Below, piece after piece: positions 34,018-47,965 of a stretch of DNA of 64,000 nucleotides (positions within the stretch are counted from its first letter, which is position 1; every line of letters begins with the position of its first letter). Position numbers and translations under genes: made by a program. Under the pieces are notes generated by a model that saw only the letters and a list, made by a program, of their open reading frames with translations, was not told where the DNA came from and did not search any database. The stretch lies in assembly GCF_011386835.1 (NCBI RefSeq), contig NC_088802.1, positions 55,304,001 through 55,368,000 on the forward strand, read 5' to 3'. Origin of the DNA: Chrysemys picta bellii. Lineage: Eukaryota.

Positions 34018-34824
34018 CTTGAAGACAAAAAAAGTACATATTCTAGCAAACACTGACCTGGCCTTGAATCCAAATACAAAAGGAGAGCATGAGTGTGCGA
34101 TGCAGAGGACAGTTTCATGAGGAAGAGACGAGGGGCTGTCTGCAAAGTAGGATGTATGCAGGCAACAGAAAGCTGATGGAGAGCAGTGGATGAAACAAGA
34201 CAGAGCGTGAAGACAGACAGATAGTGGATACAGCACAGAAAGAGGCACATTAACATTAGGGCAGCCAATTGGCTATGGAAAAACAGGTGTATAATTGGCT
34301 ACATAAAGGAAGAGAGGCTGATGGTCTGAGAGAAACGGATGGAAGCCCATATGGTGAAAGACCCAATAGGAGAGGCTGGACATCAGCAGGATAACAACCA
34401 AGTTTTAGATAAAGTCAGTCTATGTGGATAGGAAACTGAAACCCATTTTGTTCCCTGATCTCAACACTGGAGGACTTTGATGCTAACTGGCTCTGCGTGA
34501 AGTAGATTTGTTGAATAGCTGGCACTTTTGTCCAGACAATACCATTTGCACAAGTGCTCTCTAGACATCCTAATGGTTTTTTTTGATCCTCCCTGTACAA
34601 TTTATTCTTTTATTCAGTCAGGGTTTGCCAAGTGAGGTTTTTACTCCTAGCTAAATGCTTGGCGATTATTTCACGCATCCCCTCTGTGCAGTACTGTGGT
34701 TGCATTTCCACACTGAAATGCAGCTAAAGGCCAACAAATTGCTGAGACCCCTGCTGTTCCCCCGATGTATTTGGCCCATCCAGACTCCTCTAGAGAACGG
34801 GTCTGCAAGCTGTACAGTACTTAC

Positions 34825-34886
34825 CATCTCTTCCAACTGATTTTGAATCTGCCTGTGAACTTCTGCCATCTGGAAGAGAACATCCC
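34825..34886 (-). CDS. BAIAP2: Exon 4 (62 nt): (G)DVLFQMAEVHRQIQNQLEEM
   Basis: tttctag acceptor and gtaagt donor; ORF track 34666..34869. Confidence 0.96.
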
Positions 34887-35369
34887 CTAGAAAGACAAGA
34901 AACAGAAGGAGAGGGTTTTAAAGACACTCAGCTCTCTGTAGACCTCACGCACACCGATGCAGCTGGGGAGGATGGGGGCATTCGTCTCAACAAGACTGAA
35001 GGAATGAGAGATCAGACTAAGTGCTCTGCAGTTTGAGTTTACAGAATAAGCTCAGGGCTCTTGGGCATTCATGGAGTGTGTTTACATCAGATGCTCATTT
35101 AAGTCTCAAGCATGCAGATGTTTAGCTAGGAGGTTTGGAAACCTACCTGCTGCCTCTTCTGATTATGCAACGCAATAAAAGGAGGGGGGGAAAGGAAGCA
35201 GCAGCAGCATGAGCAGAGCACCCTGGAACCCTGCATACGTGCGAACTGTCCATACCGGAAGAGTCTCCCCACACTGGAAGCATAGTTCTGCTTGCTACAG
35301 CCAGCACGATGAGCACACGCCCGCTAGTGCAATCCCATTCCTGAGTCAGCACTGAACCTGTTCCCCAGC

Positions 35370-35388
35370 ATGGCACTAGAGGGTGCTG
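35370..35388 (+). promoter_or_regulatory. Candidate CTCF site
   Basis: ATGGCACTAGAGGGTGCTG matches the CCASYAGRKGGCRS core with a CpG-to-TpG change. Confidence 0.5.
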
Positions 35389-38300
35389 TGGAGCTGAAGG
35401 TTCTAGCTTTTGGACAAGTCAGGATACAGAGATCCCCACCACTCGTGGTCATTAGGGATCCCCTCGACACTTACTCCAGGTGTCTAGTCATTAGCCCTGG
35501 TGTCCTGGCCAAAGTTCAGACTGGACAATTCTATTCCGCATGCCTTCCCCCCCCCCCCCCAGTGTAGTTCAACAGGGAAGTTCTTCCTCACTTTCAAAGA
35601 CTGGAGCATACAGTAGGGGTGACAGAATGGGTGCTGCATTCTGCCCCGGCCGAGAATGCACTGCAGTGGGGAGTAACCCACTCCCTTCTTTCTATAGCCA
35701 GGCACGGGTTTTCTGAAGTACTCGAAGATCCCTCAGGATAAGAGGCAATATGCCAGCCCCCCGTGGACGCGTTAGCGACAGAATAAAAGGAACACCTGCG
35801 AGAGCCAGTCTCCACTATAAAAAAAAATATGGAACAGATGTAATTTGAGGAGAGGAGTTTCTTCAGTCCTAGAAGCAGATGAGGTCTGGTCAGAGGAACA
35901 TACCACATGGGAACGAAAATACCAATTCACAGAAATCCAGCAGCATCAAGGGCAGCAAGTAAGAGCCTACGTAATGGGCCTGGAGAGGCTGCTCAAAGCC
36001 CCATGATGCAAAGGTGGCACAGCTACCGTCAAGGAAAAACTTTGAAGGGGGGGGGGGGGCGGCGGGAAGAGGAGAAACACCACACACCCAAGTGCAGGAA
36101 CAGTAGCCATAGTTACAGCAACTAATCCCAGCTCAGCCCTGCGTTTCTCACAGCAAGCATAGCCATTTTGAACCGGAGGAGCGACGCAGTTAGGAACTAT
36201 TTTACTCTAATTCCTCTCAGCTGTCACCCCTCTCCAGCCCCTTCCTGCTCCAGAGGACAGGACTGCCACTCTGGGCTCTCCCACCGCTTGGCAGTGGCAG
36301 CTCTGTGGGGACCCACCTGAATGCAGGTGAATGGAGTTTCTCCTCTGACAGGAGTTCTCTGAGCTTCCAGCCTCTTATATTTTACAGGGCAAGTGTCAGG
36401 GTCCCACTGAACTCACCCTGGCCACAGCGCTACTCAAGACAACACGCTGCTGACACTCAGGGCTGCCAAATGGCTCTTTCTGGATTATAACCCCCCTCCC
36501 AATACACGGTGCTGGGAATCGCACATGGCAACAACGGATGTTCCAAATAACCCCGCAGGCCGATGGAGTCTCTTTCACGCAGCATTGGTTAATTCTGCTC
36601 TGCTCAGCACCTCACAGCCAGGCTGCAAGCGTCTGTCTAATAAAGGGAATGTAACAAAAACAAAAAGAGTCCTCACTAAAGATCATTCCCAGCAGAGCAC
36701 CTCTGAGATCCCGGTGCAGTGACTGGCAGCACACGCCCTGTCTTATACAGGACCAACCTCAGACAGCTCAGTAATGCCACAGAAGCGACATCAGAGTGGG
36801 AAGAGCAGGCACAATCTCATCTCACAGGCCACACAGGTGCCCAAATTAAACATGCTAAAAAAGGGGCTAAGAACCACATAAGTGTTTAAGACAGGGGTCT
36901 GACTTAAATCCACAACAGGCTGCAATTATGGAATTAAGGCTACCGCTCTGGCCAGCCATTGGACTGGGTCTAGGCTTGACAGGGGCGGAGACCCATGCAT
37001 TTTGCGTATTGTACCCTGGTGTGCAGCAACATGAACTGGGGTGGGGGAGGAAGGCCTGGCTTTTGTGGGCTGAATTTATTTGCACTTCCTCTCAAAGCAT
37101 TTTCCCCAACATTAAAAAGTTACCACCACTGAGATCCAATCCCTTATGTTATTATCATCATCATCATCAAGTAGATGGTGGATAACAATCTTATCTACTT
37201 ATGGCTCAATTGGGTAGGATTATTTATAACTGCACCTTTGGGAGTTGGCAAAGCAGGCATCCAATGCGGATGTGCCGACAGGCATTAAGCAAAGCCGCAG
37301 GGACAGCCGAACTGGATTGGGGGAGTGGGTGGGAGAGGAAGCCCAGTTTGGATTCCCCCATTTGAAACTTCACAGGACTCTGGCGTTTTGGGGAAAGCAA
37401 GCTTGTCTACAACCTGGTTCTGAGTCATCATCTCAGCCCATGCTCTTCTCCACAGGTAGATGGAAGGATCAGAACCTAGAGAACACACACATGGGCTGTT
37501 CTAGCCAATGAGCCGGCAGAGCCTCACCACAAGGCACCTTGCAGAGCAGTGTAAAAGTTCAATAAGAAGCTAGGCAACCTTTAATGCTCTCACGGTCAGC
37601 TGTTCCCATCACAAATCTCTGCAATGAGTAGTTTCATGCATGAAAGGGAAGGTCTGGGCAGAAGGTTAACACTACAAAATCTACAGGAAATTGCTCTCCG
37701 GTTGAGAGGTGAAAGTTAAATGGTTCTCTCTATAGGGAGGCCAAGAAAAATGATGCAATGTTATAACTCAGCTGTGATTTCTTCCACTGACAATGCATGA
37801 ATACGTGTATTTTTATCTTCAAAGCACTCTGCTAACACTAACCCTCACACAACCACCTCCATTTCACAGGGAGCCAGGCGACGTCTCCAACATCACAGGA
37901 GGAAGCGTTCACGTCAGAATCATAAGTGGAACTTGGGACTGTCTGGTTTACACCACGCCTTTTGCTGCATTGTGCGAGGGCAGATGTTCTCAAAGGGTGT
38001 ACAAACGTTCAAACACCAACCTTTCAGAGAACCAGCGAGAACCGTCTCTGCTCCAAGAAGTTTGCAGTCTAATTCAGAAAAATGAAAGGGCCCATCCCAA
38101 GCACTAGAGGGAGAGGTAACACCACCCCCACCCCCTTGGACCTCTCAAGACACATACTTTAAACCCAAGCCTAGAGACTTCTCCTGGCAAAGATTTTAAA
38201 TCTTGGTTTACAGTTTCCTTTCCACATCAAACTCTTTGCCCCTTGCTAGACCAATGCCCTCGGAGTACTGGCGAAAAGTCAGGACACGTGGCACAAAGGA

Positions 38301-40316
38301 GTAGCTCTCCTCACCCAACAGCAGCAGCATCACAGACCCGGGCAACATGCTAGACATTTATTCTACCAGAACGCGAGCCATTCCCAGCAGCTCCCCAATC
38401 CAGGCTTCCTCCAGCATGGCCACAGGGATACTAGCAGCAGATAAAATGCACTTCTAAACCTCAACTAGCCTCTCCGGGACTATAGGATGTCTTGGCGTGC
38501 TCTGAGTGTTCACCTTGAACTACTCAAGTCTGTAAAAGCCACAACCCAAGTCATTTTATCTTAAAGCTACTGCGAAGATAAACAGGGCCCGTCAGCAAGG
38601 AAGGGTTAAAAATCCATGAATAAAATCTCAAGGAAATTCAAATTTAAGCATTTAAAACGGTCTAGGACATGGATTAGAATCTGCAACATCATACTAATCT
38701 AGGACATGACAGCACATCATCTTCCGCTGCTGAGAGTTCAGTGGATTTATGGCTTATACCCTGCTAGCATCCAAAGGCCCCGATCTAGATGCATGCCCTG
38801 TTGCGCAGGGCTTTGCGTAAAGGGACGAGTTACTCCCAGGATCACTGGAATGACAAATGTGCAAAGGTCACTCCCACGTCCAGGGTTTCTGCACCACATA
38901 AAACGATGTTCGTAATGGAAACGCCAACGCAACCGTCACCTTGCAGTGAACTCGCAAGTGAGGAAAGCACGTGAGTTACACAATTACTTACGCACATTAA
39001 TTAACTCTCAACCCCCCACTTGACGGGGGAAAAGCAGCCAGTGGCGAAGACTTGCCTGGGGCCACATGGCAGCAATGGGAGTTGAACTGTGGCTCTCGGT
39101 CATACGCTCCGAACACACCTCTCTAAGTCCAGCCCGGAGTCAGCTAGTAGCAATGTCATGGTTGCAAAGAATGTAAACAATGATTGGATACACAAAGCAA
39201 ACCGGAATTTCTATTTCAGTCTACATCTGACTCACACGACCATTTTCAGAGAACTATAGGCACCATTGTGAGTCCACTGGGCTCTAAACCCACCACACCC
39301 AAGGAGAAACCTCTAAACAGGTTGTTTCACATGGCTTTCTGGGGCTGCTATCAGCCACAGTTTGCATGCTAACCTCACAGAGGGTGGAACAATAAGCACA
39401 GAGCTACGCCTCCCTTTGTGCAGAGAAGTTTCACCTTGAGGTTTTCCAGGCCTAGGGATGGTGTCCACTACCATTTCCCCTCCTCCCACCCCGGGCACAG
39501 ACCCATTATGCATTTCAATCAAGTGGTGAAGTGCATCAGACCACGGAGTAACTCCAGTCGGACAGAGAATCTCAACCAGGCTGCCACTTGTTCTAAAATC
39601 CATGAACCGATCCAACCTGCCTTGTGATGGGAGCGAGAAGCCGTGCTGGAGCTGGGGAAGCAACCAAACATGTTCAAAAGGGCCGAAGGGCTCAAGACAG
39701 TTTGCCATTAACTTGCTAGAGTTGCAAGATTCCTGCCAATAGAAGTCTGATCTCCTCTACCACTGGGGAGAAGCGTTGGCTCCTGCCCCAGAGTTCTCAT
39801 GCCAAACCAACAGCGGTCAGCCTGACCGGGGATGCCACCCCAGAGAGAGGGAAGGGCCAAGAAGTGAAAAGCTAACCCTGCAGTGCAGTCAAAGTAGCGA
39901 AGGCCTTGCCTTCACTGCTAGAGAAAGGTTTTTTTAACCTTAGCATAACTCAGGCATGTGAGTTATCCAGAGGAAAAAACAGTGCAGAGGAGGCACTTTG
40001 GTTTTACCCCGAGGAGCAGTTACCAAGGGCAACCTCTGAAGGGGATTTAGGACAACTTACCTTGCAGTAAAACAAGTGCCTGGTCTTCACACCTCAAGAT
40101 AGCTCACAGGCATTAGTTACCCTCAGGTAAACAAAACAATCCACCACCACCTTCTCTAGCAGCGAAGGTAAGGCCAAAGAGGGACACAATTACCCCTTCT
40201 CCCCCGCCCACCCGCCAGACTCGTTTAGCATTGACATTACCAGAGTACTGAACTGACCGTGAACCTCTTGACATTCAGAGGAAAATGCAAGAACCACTTT
40301 AACCAGGCTTCCTATG

Positions 40317-40453
40317 TAGGGTGACCAGATGTCCCGATATTAGGGGTTGTGTCTTATATATGCAACTACACCACTCCACCCCTCGGGGGTGAGGCGGGGG
40401 GGAAGAGAGAGAAAGTGTCTCAATTTTTCACACTTGCTTTCTAGGTCACCCTA
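40317..40453. mobile_element. hAT (Tip100-like) MITE, same family as 18306-18429
   Basis: TIRs TAGGGTGACCAGA / CTAGGTCACCCTA; TSD eroded. Confidence 0.82.
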
Positions 40454-42055
40454 TTCCCACAACAAAACCACATTAAAAAAAATAAAGCAGCGAGGTCTAG
40501 CGCTTGCTGACAGCGGGGAGGCCTGAACATATCACAACATTCACATGTTGAGTACCCGTCAAATGCTGAGACCATGCTGGAGGACCCCATACATACCAAT
40601 TGTCCTCTGTAGAGTAGAATACACAAAGAAAAACAGCAGCTGACTTAGAGCTTACAGACTAAAAATAAGACAGGACACACTGAACAAAACAACAAAAACA
40701 AACAAACAAAATGTTCACTTCTGGATTTATCCCCCGAGTATAAACTCACTTTTTGGAAGCATCACAAAGCAATTCTAAACGCAGGAGAAGAGAGATAGCT
40801 ACAAGTATGCTATGCAGAGTAGGTACCTCCTGACCAAAGTGGAACACTAACAATGCTGATGAAACAACCCTTCTCTGTTCCAGTACACCCAGGGCTCTCC
40901 CGGTTTGGTTCAGAAGACAGGACACATGCAACTGATTAAGAAAGTTGACTCTTTAATTAAAAAGAAAAAAAAGACTGCAATTAAATAAATTGGGTACAAC
41001 TTCAAAACTAAGTCTTCATTACCCAACGCTACCTTAAATGGAACATCGACAGAGCAAGAGGTATCAGGAGAGGAATGATACTTGTTTTTAAAGCCACCAC
41101 TAAGATGATCATCTTATGGCCAAAGACAAGCCTGAAATCCAGCATTTGGTTTTCAGGTGGGTTTCAGTTGATCCAAACTGGATTCTAGGGGAACAGGTTT
41201 GTATGGGGATATTTGTAGTCCTCATCTATGAGCAACTTGGGAGCAGTTTTATTTCACGCCTCACCCAAACAGAGTAAAGAAAACCACAGCTGTGGTAGTC
41301 CAAGGGGAATGTGATTCTTGGCCTGCCTGTGGGCAACCAATCTTTCCTTCCTCTACATCGCCAGCATGGCAGGAAGTCAGGGAAATTTAGCTCTCTTAAA
41401 TACATCAAAACTTAAAGATGAAGCTGAACCAGAAAGGAGTGCTGGGAGGGCACGGCCATAAGACAGCCCGTGTTTTCCTATTTGTGCAGGAGGTACCCCC
41501 TCGTTATGGTTAACATGGATGGGGAGAAGCTCTGGACGCTAGAATACTACCAAGGGGAGTAAAAAACAAAAAGGCATTTTAAACAAACAGTTAAGAAATA
41601 AAACTGGTGACACCAGCAAAGCAGATGGATTGCAAGATTGTGTGTCCTGAAACCCTAGATGAAGATCAATCAGATTTTCAATGGCTGGTTAGATGCCTTT
41701 AGCTAAATCCTTTGATGTCAAGCAAAAGGCATTCAAATCTAAGAAGAATGAATGGCAGTGCCTCAGAAGTAGGACAGCTTATGCAGCCAGAATTTTAGTG
41801 CTTAGAGAAGACAGACAAGCCCATGAAGAGACTTGTGCTTTTGTTTTCCCCAATGGGGCCAAAGAACAGCTCATTTCAGCGCTGCTTGTGTGGAGGGACT
41901 CTGGGCGTTGGTTGAATAAGGCTGTTCTGGCATCTTCAGGGGAAACAAATCATTGCTTATGCTGTGTACAGAGCTGTACTGAGGAAAGTTTAATGACCAG
42001 GGGTGAAATCCTGGCCCCATTGACGTCAGTAGCAGTTTTGCCATTGGACTTCAAT

Positions 42056-42442
42056 CAGAGGCGGCTCTATGTTTTTTGCTGCCCCAAGCACAGCCGTCAG
42101 GCGGCCTTCAGCAGCATGCCTGCGGGCGGTCCGTGGTCACGCGGATTTGGTGGCGTTTCTGCGGCTTCGGTGTACCCGCCGCCGAATTACCGCCAAAACC
42201 GGGACCGACGGACCTCCCGCAGGCACGCCGCCAAAGGGGCGGAGCTTCAGGCGGTGCTTGCAGGGGTCGGAGCTTTGGGCGGCGCGGTGCTCGGGGGGGC
42301 AGGGGCTTGCACTGCGCTCGGGGGGGGGCAGGGCAGTACCCGGAGGGGGTGGGGCTTCGGGCAGCATGGCGCTTGGGGGGGGGGGGGGGTAGGGCGGTGC
42401 TCTTTTTTGCCTGGGGCGGAAAAAAAGTTAGAGCCGGCCCTG
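42056..42442. mobile_element. Chimeric GC-rich hAT MITE
   Basis: Left half homologous to 13578-13740; right end TTAGAGCCGGCCCTG from another family; no TSD. Confidence 0.75.
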
Positions 42443-44052
42443 CTGATATATCACCAGTAAGTCAGACTTGTACCATTTGGATACTGGGAAATGGTAGCTG
42501 GAGCTCAGTTCTGCAGAGACTTAGGAACAGCTGTTCCATGGACTCTCTTATGGAATGCAATAGCCCCCAGTGAATCACTAATTGCATATAGCTCTCATGC
42601 AGCCCATCCGCAAGGCTACAGTAGGCACTTGGTGAAACCAAAACTACTCCACACCAGTGAGAGGTGTGAAATCAAGGTTGAAAACATAACCATTGTTTTT
42701 ACAATCTTATTGTTTCTCAATGTTAAGATCTGGGCTTCAAGCTGATGAAATGCAGCAAATGGTACAGATAGAATCCAGGTTAAGGAGATGTTCGTTTTAA
42801 TACCGAAACTTCAGCCAAGCAACACGATTCTAGGACTTGACTTTGTCCCCATCCATTCTAAAAAGCAACAGGGAACAAGATCAAGCTTCAGACATCTGCA
42901 GCTGGGGCAGGGGGTGGGTGGGGACCTCTTGGGTCACCCAGCCGAGTGCCTGGCACAAGTGTAGTACAAACATGCCAGTTCCTCTTGAAATGGTTTGCCT
43001 CCATTTATTTCCTGCAGCTCAAAAAACAAGCAAGCATTTGCCAGAGTTCTGTTAGCATCTCACCAGCCCTATGGGACTGTGCTGGAAAGCAGAGGAAATC
43101 TTTGCAGTTGATCAATTCTGGCCCCATCATTTATTGCACTTCAACTATCAGACAAAGTTTAACAGGATCTAGTTTCTTTATTTAAAGAAGAGAGAAGCCA
43201 TAGAATAGGTCAACTGCTTTTCCCCTGTATATAAAGCAAACTCAAAAGTCTATCATTAATTTTCTGTAACTTTTTTTTTAATTTTTTTTTTTTAACTAAG
43301 CAGTTATCAAGCTGCATTTGTACTACTTGTTAGAGATTCTGCATCAAGGGTCAGCTCTTTTCTTTTAGAGAACTGCTCCCCTCCACACACATGCATTCTT
43401 CCCCCCGCATTCATCAGCAAATCTCTAACGTCCAATTACCCAGGAAGCTTACACAGGGGAGAGGTAGGGACTATATTCAGGGTAAAGTACTAATTAACAG
43501 ACACAGGAGGGCATCAATATACAGACCTCATTACAACGGCAAAGACTCAGCCAGCCAGAAATTACATGAGCCTTCTGCATTTGAGCACTAGTAACCCCAG
43601 TGAAGGGGGGGCGGGGAGAGAAGAGGGAGAGGCAACAAATGCCTCCAATGCCCAAATGTGGCAGAGGAACAAGAATTGTTATGTGCTGGTTTAGCATCAC
43701 AGCAGCTGGGGACTTCTTCATAAAGGACACAATCGGTTAGCAGTATCCATAACCCTGAACGATTAGGCCTGCCTCTTGCAGAGCAGGTCTCCCCTAGAAG
43801 GCGGATGGGGGAAGACAGTCCATTTAAAGCTTCTGGTTATTCAGACTGACAGCGTTTTCGACAGCTTTATCACAGGCGAAAAAAGGGAGAACAAATCATG
43901 TATTTGAAGGGACAATGATATCTTGAAAGCTAGTTTACGGTAAAATATTAGCTCCAGGTTTGTCATGACCATTTTTGTGGTTTTGCAATCACATTTTTTC
44001 CTCTTTGAAAACCTCTTGTATGAAAGTTACAGAAAGAGGGGACTAGCAACAC

Positions 44053-44269
44053 CAATGGTTCTCTCACTTTTGTACTGGTGACCCCTTTCACACAGCAAGC
44101 CTCTGAGTGCAACCCCCCCTTTAAATTAAAAACACTTAAATATATTTAATACCCTTATAAATGCTGGAGGTGAAGTGGGGCTTGGGGTGGAGGCTGGCAG
44201 CTCGCGTTCCCCCCATGTAATAACCTCATGACCCCCTGAGGGATCCTGACCCCAGTTTGAGAACCCCTG
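44053..44269. mobile_element. hAT MITE
   Basis: CAATGGTTCTC...CAGTTTGAGAACCCCTG; paralog of 21226-21484. Confidence 0.82.
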
Positions 44270-45541
44270 AACTATATGCAAAGTGCTGAGAAATACAAGA
44301 GGTAAGCAAAGTGAAGAGACAGACATTTCTCTCTAAACTTTCCATTTGAGTTTTATCAAATAGTAGGTAAGAGCTCAAAGAAGAGAGAGAGAGGTAAGTT
44401 GATTTTCCTGTTCAACACCAATGATCTCAGGCCATCTTAACACACACACCCCACACAATTTATGCGTGAGTATTTTATTTTTTATCTGTATCTGGTCAAA
44501 TAGCATAGCTGGAAAAGCTAATTCAGTTGAGACAAGGCAAGGCCAGCCCTTCAACTATGCATACAGTGACTTCTATATGCATTATGCACCTTTCTGACGC
44601 ACACTTACAACAAAACATTCTGGATCCCACAGAGCACGTGTGAAGAAATCCCTAGTCAGCCTGTCTCATTTCCAGAATTATTTCTACGGGGGGTGGGGGG
44701 TGGGTTGTCAATAAGTCTTCTTTCCTTTTTGCAAGGTCTTTTGTTTTCACATACGCCAGCAGATGTTTGGAAGGTGATAAGAATTTTTAGAGTGCAACCT
44801 TCCCACTCCCCCTCACTTCCGCCACCCAAAATGGAGAGACAAAGAAAATGAGTCCCCCTCTGAAATGTGTCAGGCTTATCAAGGTTACTAATTGGATTGC
44901 AGAAAGTGGCTAATTAGGAGTCAGTCATTTGTTAGGCTGTGGGTTGTAGAAATTCCCAGTTAAAGGGACAGTTGGCCTCTTTGGGATTCAGGGATACTGA
45001 GACCTCTGCCTTCAAAGGTAGGCAAGTTTGGGAGCCTCAACAGGCTGGTGATGTCTCTTTAAAGACATTATTATTGGAGGAGGTTCCTACCATGCTACAG
45101 AGACTGGCTAGAAACCACCACTAAGGATGTGCTCTTTTAACAGGTGTTAATTTAACAGCACTCCACTGTCTCACAAAACTATATTTTGGTTACGTAAATA
45201 GGAAAAGTTTATTTGCATAATAGCTCCTACTTCAACAGGAAAACTTTGGAGGCTGTAAAAAGAACAACACTAAACAGAAAGTCCATTGTTGGGGCAGTTA
45301 TTAAAGGTTTTTGTTGCATTTTGGCACCTTTGATTTCACAGAGGAAAACCCATTTCCTCCAGGTTTTGATGATGTTATGTTTAAGTGGACGGTACTGAAT
45401 TAATGTTAGTACTCAGTTTTTCCCAGCGAAATAGGCATGCTAACGGCAATCGTTTTGACCAATGTTATGGTGTACAGAAAAGCATTAAAGAAAGCCTAGC
45501 CTATGAAAGTCAAAGTCCCAGACAAGGGACACTTTATAGAT

Positions 45542-45849
45542 CAGGGGTCAGCAACCTTTCAGAAGTGCTGTGCCGAGTCTTCATTTATTCACTCTAATTT
45601 AAGGTTTCGTGTACCAGTCATACATTTTAACATTTTTAGAAGGTCTCTTTCTATAAGTCTAATATATAACTAAACTATTGTTGTATGTAAAGTAGATAAA
45701 GTTTTTAAGATGTTTAAGAAGCTTCATTTAAAAATTAAATTAAAATGCAGAGCCCCCCGGCTCAGTGGCCACGACCTGGACAGTGAGTGCTGCCGAAAAT
45801 CAGCTTGCGTGCCGCCTTCGGCATGCGTGCCATAGGTTGCCTATCCCTG
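45542..45849. mobile_element. hAT MITE, 308 bp
   Basis: TIRs CAGGGGTCAGCAACCT / AGGTTGCCTATCCCTG; TSD TTATAGAT/TTATAGAC (7/8). Confidence 0.88.
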
Positions 45850-46569
45850 TTATAGACCGTGAAAAGAGCGACAGCAATGACTGCTACAGAATACACATTC
45901 TGGCTACATTCTGTACCTGAAGGAAAACAAAGACTATCTATGTGAAATGTGAAGAGGGAAGGGGGTATGAACTACATGCAGTTTTGTTGTATGCAGAGGG
46001 TGCTGCTACACAGAGCGGGCTCTTCATCTTCACACTGAACAAAATCAATAGCCCTCTAAAATAGACTCACTAGGTTTGCTATTTCATTCGAACTTCACAG
46101 TCAAGAATCAAGCAGCTAAAAACTGCATGTGCTATCCTGAGCTATTCGTCTCTTTGCCCACCGGGCTTCCCAGGAACACATGCGCAGCTTGTCTCTTGCC
46201 AAGCGGCTGAAGAAAGGCACTGCAGCCATCCATGGGGGGCACAGGGAGGAGAAGCTGAGTCAGCAAGTCTGCTTTCTGAATCGTCAGGGGCTAGTGGCAC
46301 AGCTGTATCTCCATCAAGATTTAAGGGAGGCCAGAGAGCTGCTGCGAAGAGCGTTCTCCACTCAATGAGCCCCACATTTCAAACAAAGACTCACGAGCAG
46401 CAGTGTGAAGATACTGTTGGGGGTGTAGTAGGGAAAGTGTAACCCCTGGCACCAATCCCAAAGGCAGTTACTTTAAATCTGAGAAATTTTAGGATTAAGG
46501 CACACCAGGGCATGGCTTCCTATGTGTACAGGGCAGTTTCTTTCTCTGACTGACTAGCTCTTAACAGGA

Positions 46570-46810
46570 TCACAGATGGAGAGGTGCAGAGTCTCTGTTC
46601 TCCTGCCAGTTCAGGGTTATCTGATTTCAGTGCTTTGCCCACTCCCATGTTAAATGACTCAAGCAATGGGGCTTCCACTACTTCCATAGGGAGGTTACTC
46701 CACCGGCTAACAGGACTCGCCCTAGGGGTGCTATTTCACAATCGGACAGGCCTGGCCATTGGGCAACATTTCTGGACATTCAGCTTGGGTTTTCCTTCGT
46801 AGCCCTCTCG
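46570..46810 (-). mobile_element. Old CR1 3' ORF2 fragment
   Basis: TTAAATGACTCAAGCAATGGGGCTTCCACTACTTCCATAGGGAGGTTACTCCAC is the reverse complement of a WNRLPxEVVEAP-type segment. Confidence 0.55.
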
Positions 46811-47930
46811 GAGGAGAATGTAAACGGATATGTTAAGCGACTGAGCAGCACACAGTTCACAGAACATTGCAAACCCCACTAGCCAGCTCCAGTAAGCAGC
46901 AGTCCCTGGTCCCTTGTACATGTTTCCAGATTAACTGCCTTACCCAGACAAACGACCTTTAACATTCACAGTGTTTATAACTCTCTCTGCTGCCATAGGA
47001 AGCAGCTACCTGAGAACTGCAAATCCAATTAAAAGATTAATACAATGCCCCAGAGGATTCGGCACAGTACTACAAAGCTTCCAATCTGGGCCAAAGGCAC
47101 CAGTATGTACAGGAGGCAGGGCATGCTCCGGTTCTACACTCAAAGAAGAACGTGCCTCGCACGTTAACAATACTTTCAAAACCGGTTTAACAAGTAATAG
47201 CCTGACTTCCCCAGCCCCAAGAGGCCACACTGTTTAGTTCCTAAATGAGCGTGGATGCACCCCCACCCCCATCTGATTGTCCATGCTAGAATGCAGGCAG
47301 GCAGGATGGATTCTGGTCCTGGGATGGGATTCTCCTTAAGTGATGTGCCATGGAGCCTTACCAGGCTTTTCTCCCGCAGATCAGACTACAGAAATCCTTC
47401 TCAGCATGCAGTAAAAGCAAAGCAGAATGTACCCTTGCCATAAACACCTCTATCATGCATCCATCTGCAATTTCTAAAGGGAGTATTTTAAATCTTGCCT
47501 TACAAGGGCAGTTTAAGGTTTTTAAGTCTAGTCTTCTCCACTTACATTACAAACAGCTCCATAACAGAGCTTTCACACGGGGGTGCCATCGGTTATAATT
47601 AGATCGAGCAAACTGTATATCAGTTGCAAATCCTGGAAGGAAACTGTTTTCCATCGGAGGGTAGTTTCATCTCAGCACAGAGATTAGCCACCCTATTTCC
47701 TTCCTCTTTCCGGGAAAATTCCTGCAGCAGCAGCCTTGACTGATCTGAGAGGAGCCTGGTGAATAGGGAATCACGACTTCTCTTCCCCAGCCCTGCAGGG
47801 GTTTTCTGAACTTGCTCTGCTGCTCCCCAGTGAAATCTAGTTGGAGTCTCACCAGGCCCATGCACACTGGGCCAAGAGAAAAGTCACTTGCTGCCTACAA
47901 CCGCTTGCAACTCCAGACAAACGCTTTTCC

Positions 47931-47932
<2 letters not shown>

Positions 47933-47964
<32 letters not shown>
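47933..47964. repeat. Poly(G) run of 32 nt
   Basis: Direct reading. Confidence 0.85.

Positions 47965-47965
<1 letters not shown>

Noticed and set aside
41693-42460. 255-aa plus-strand ORF and overlapping ORFs
   Set aside because: Kept open by the GC-rich, stop-poor chimeric MITE.
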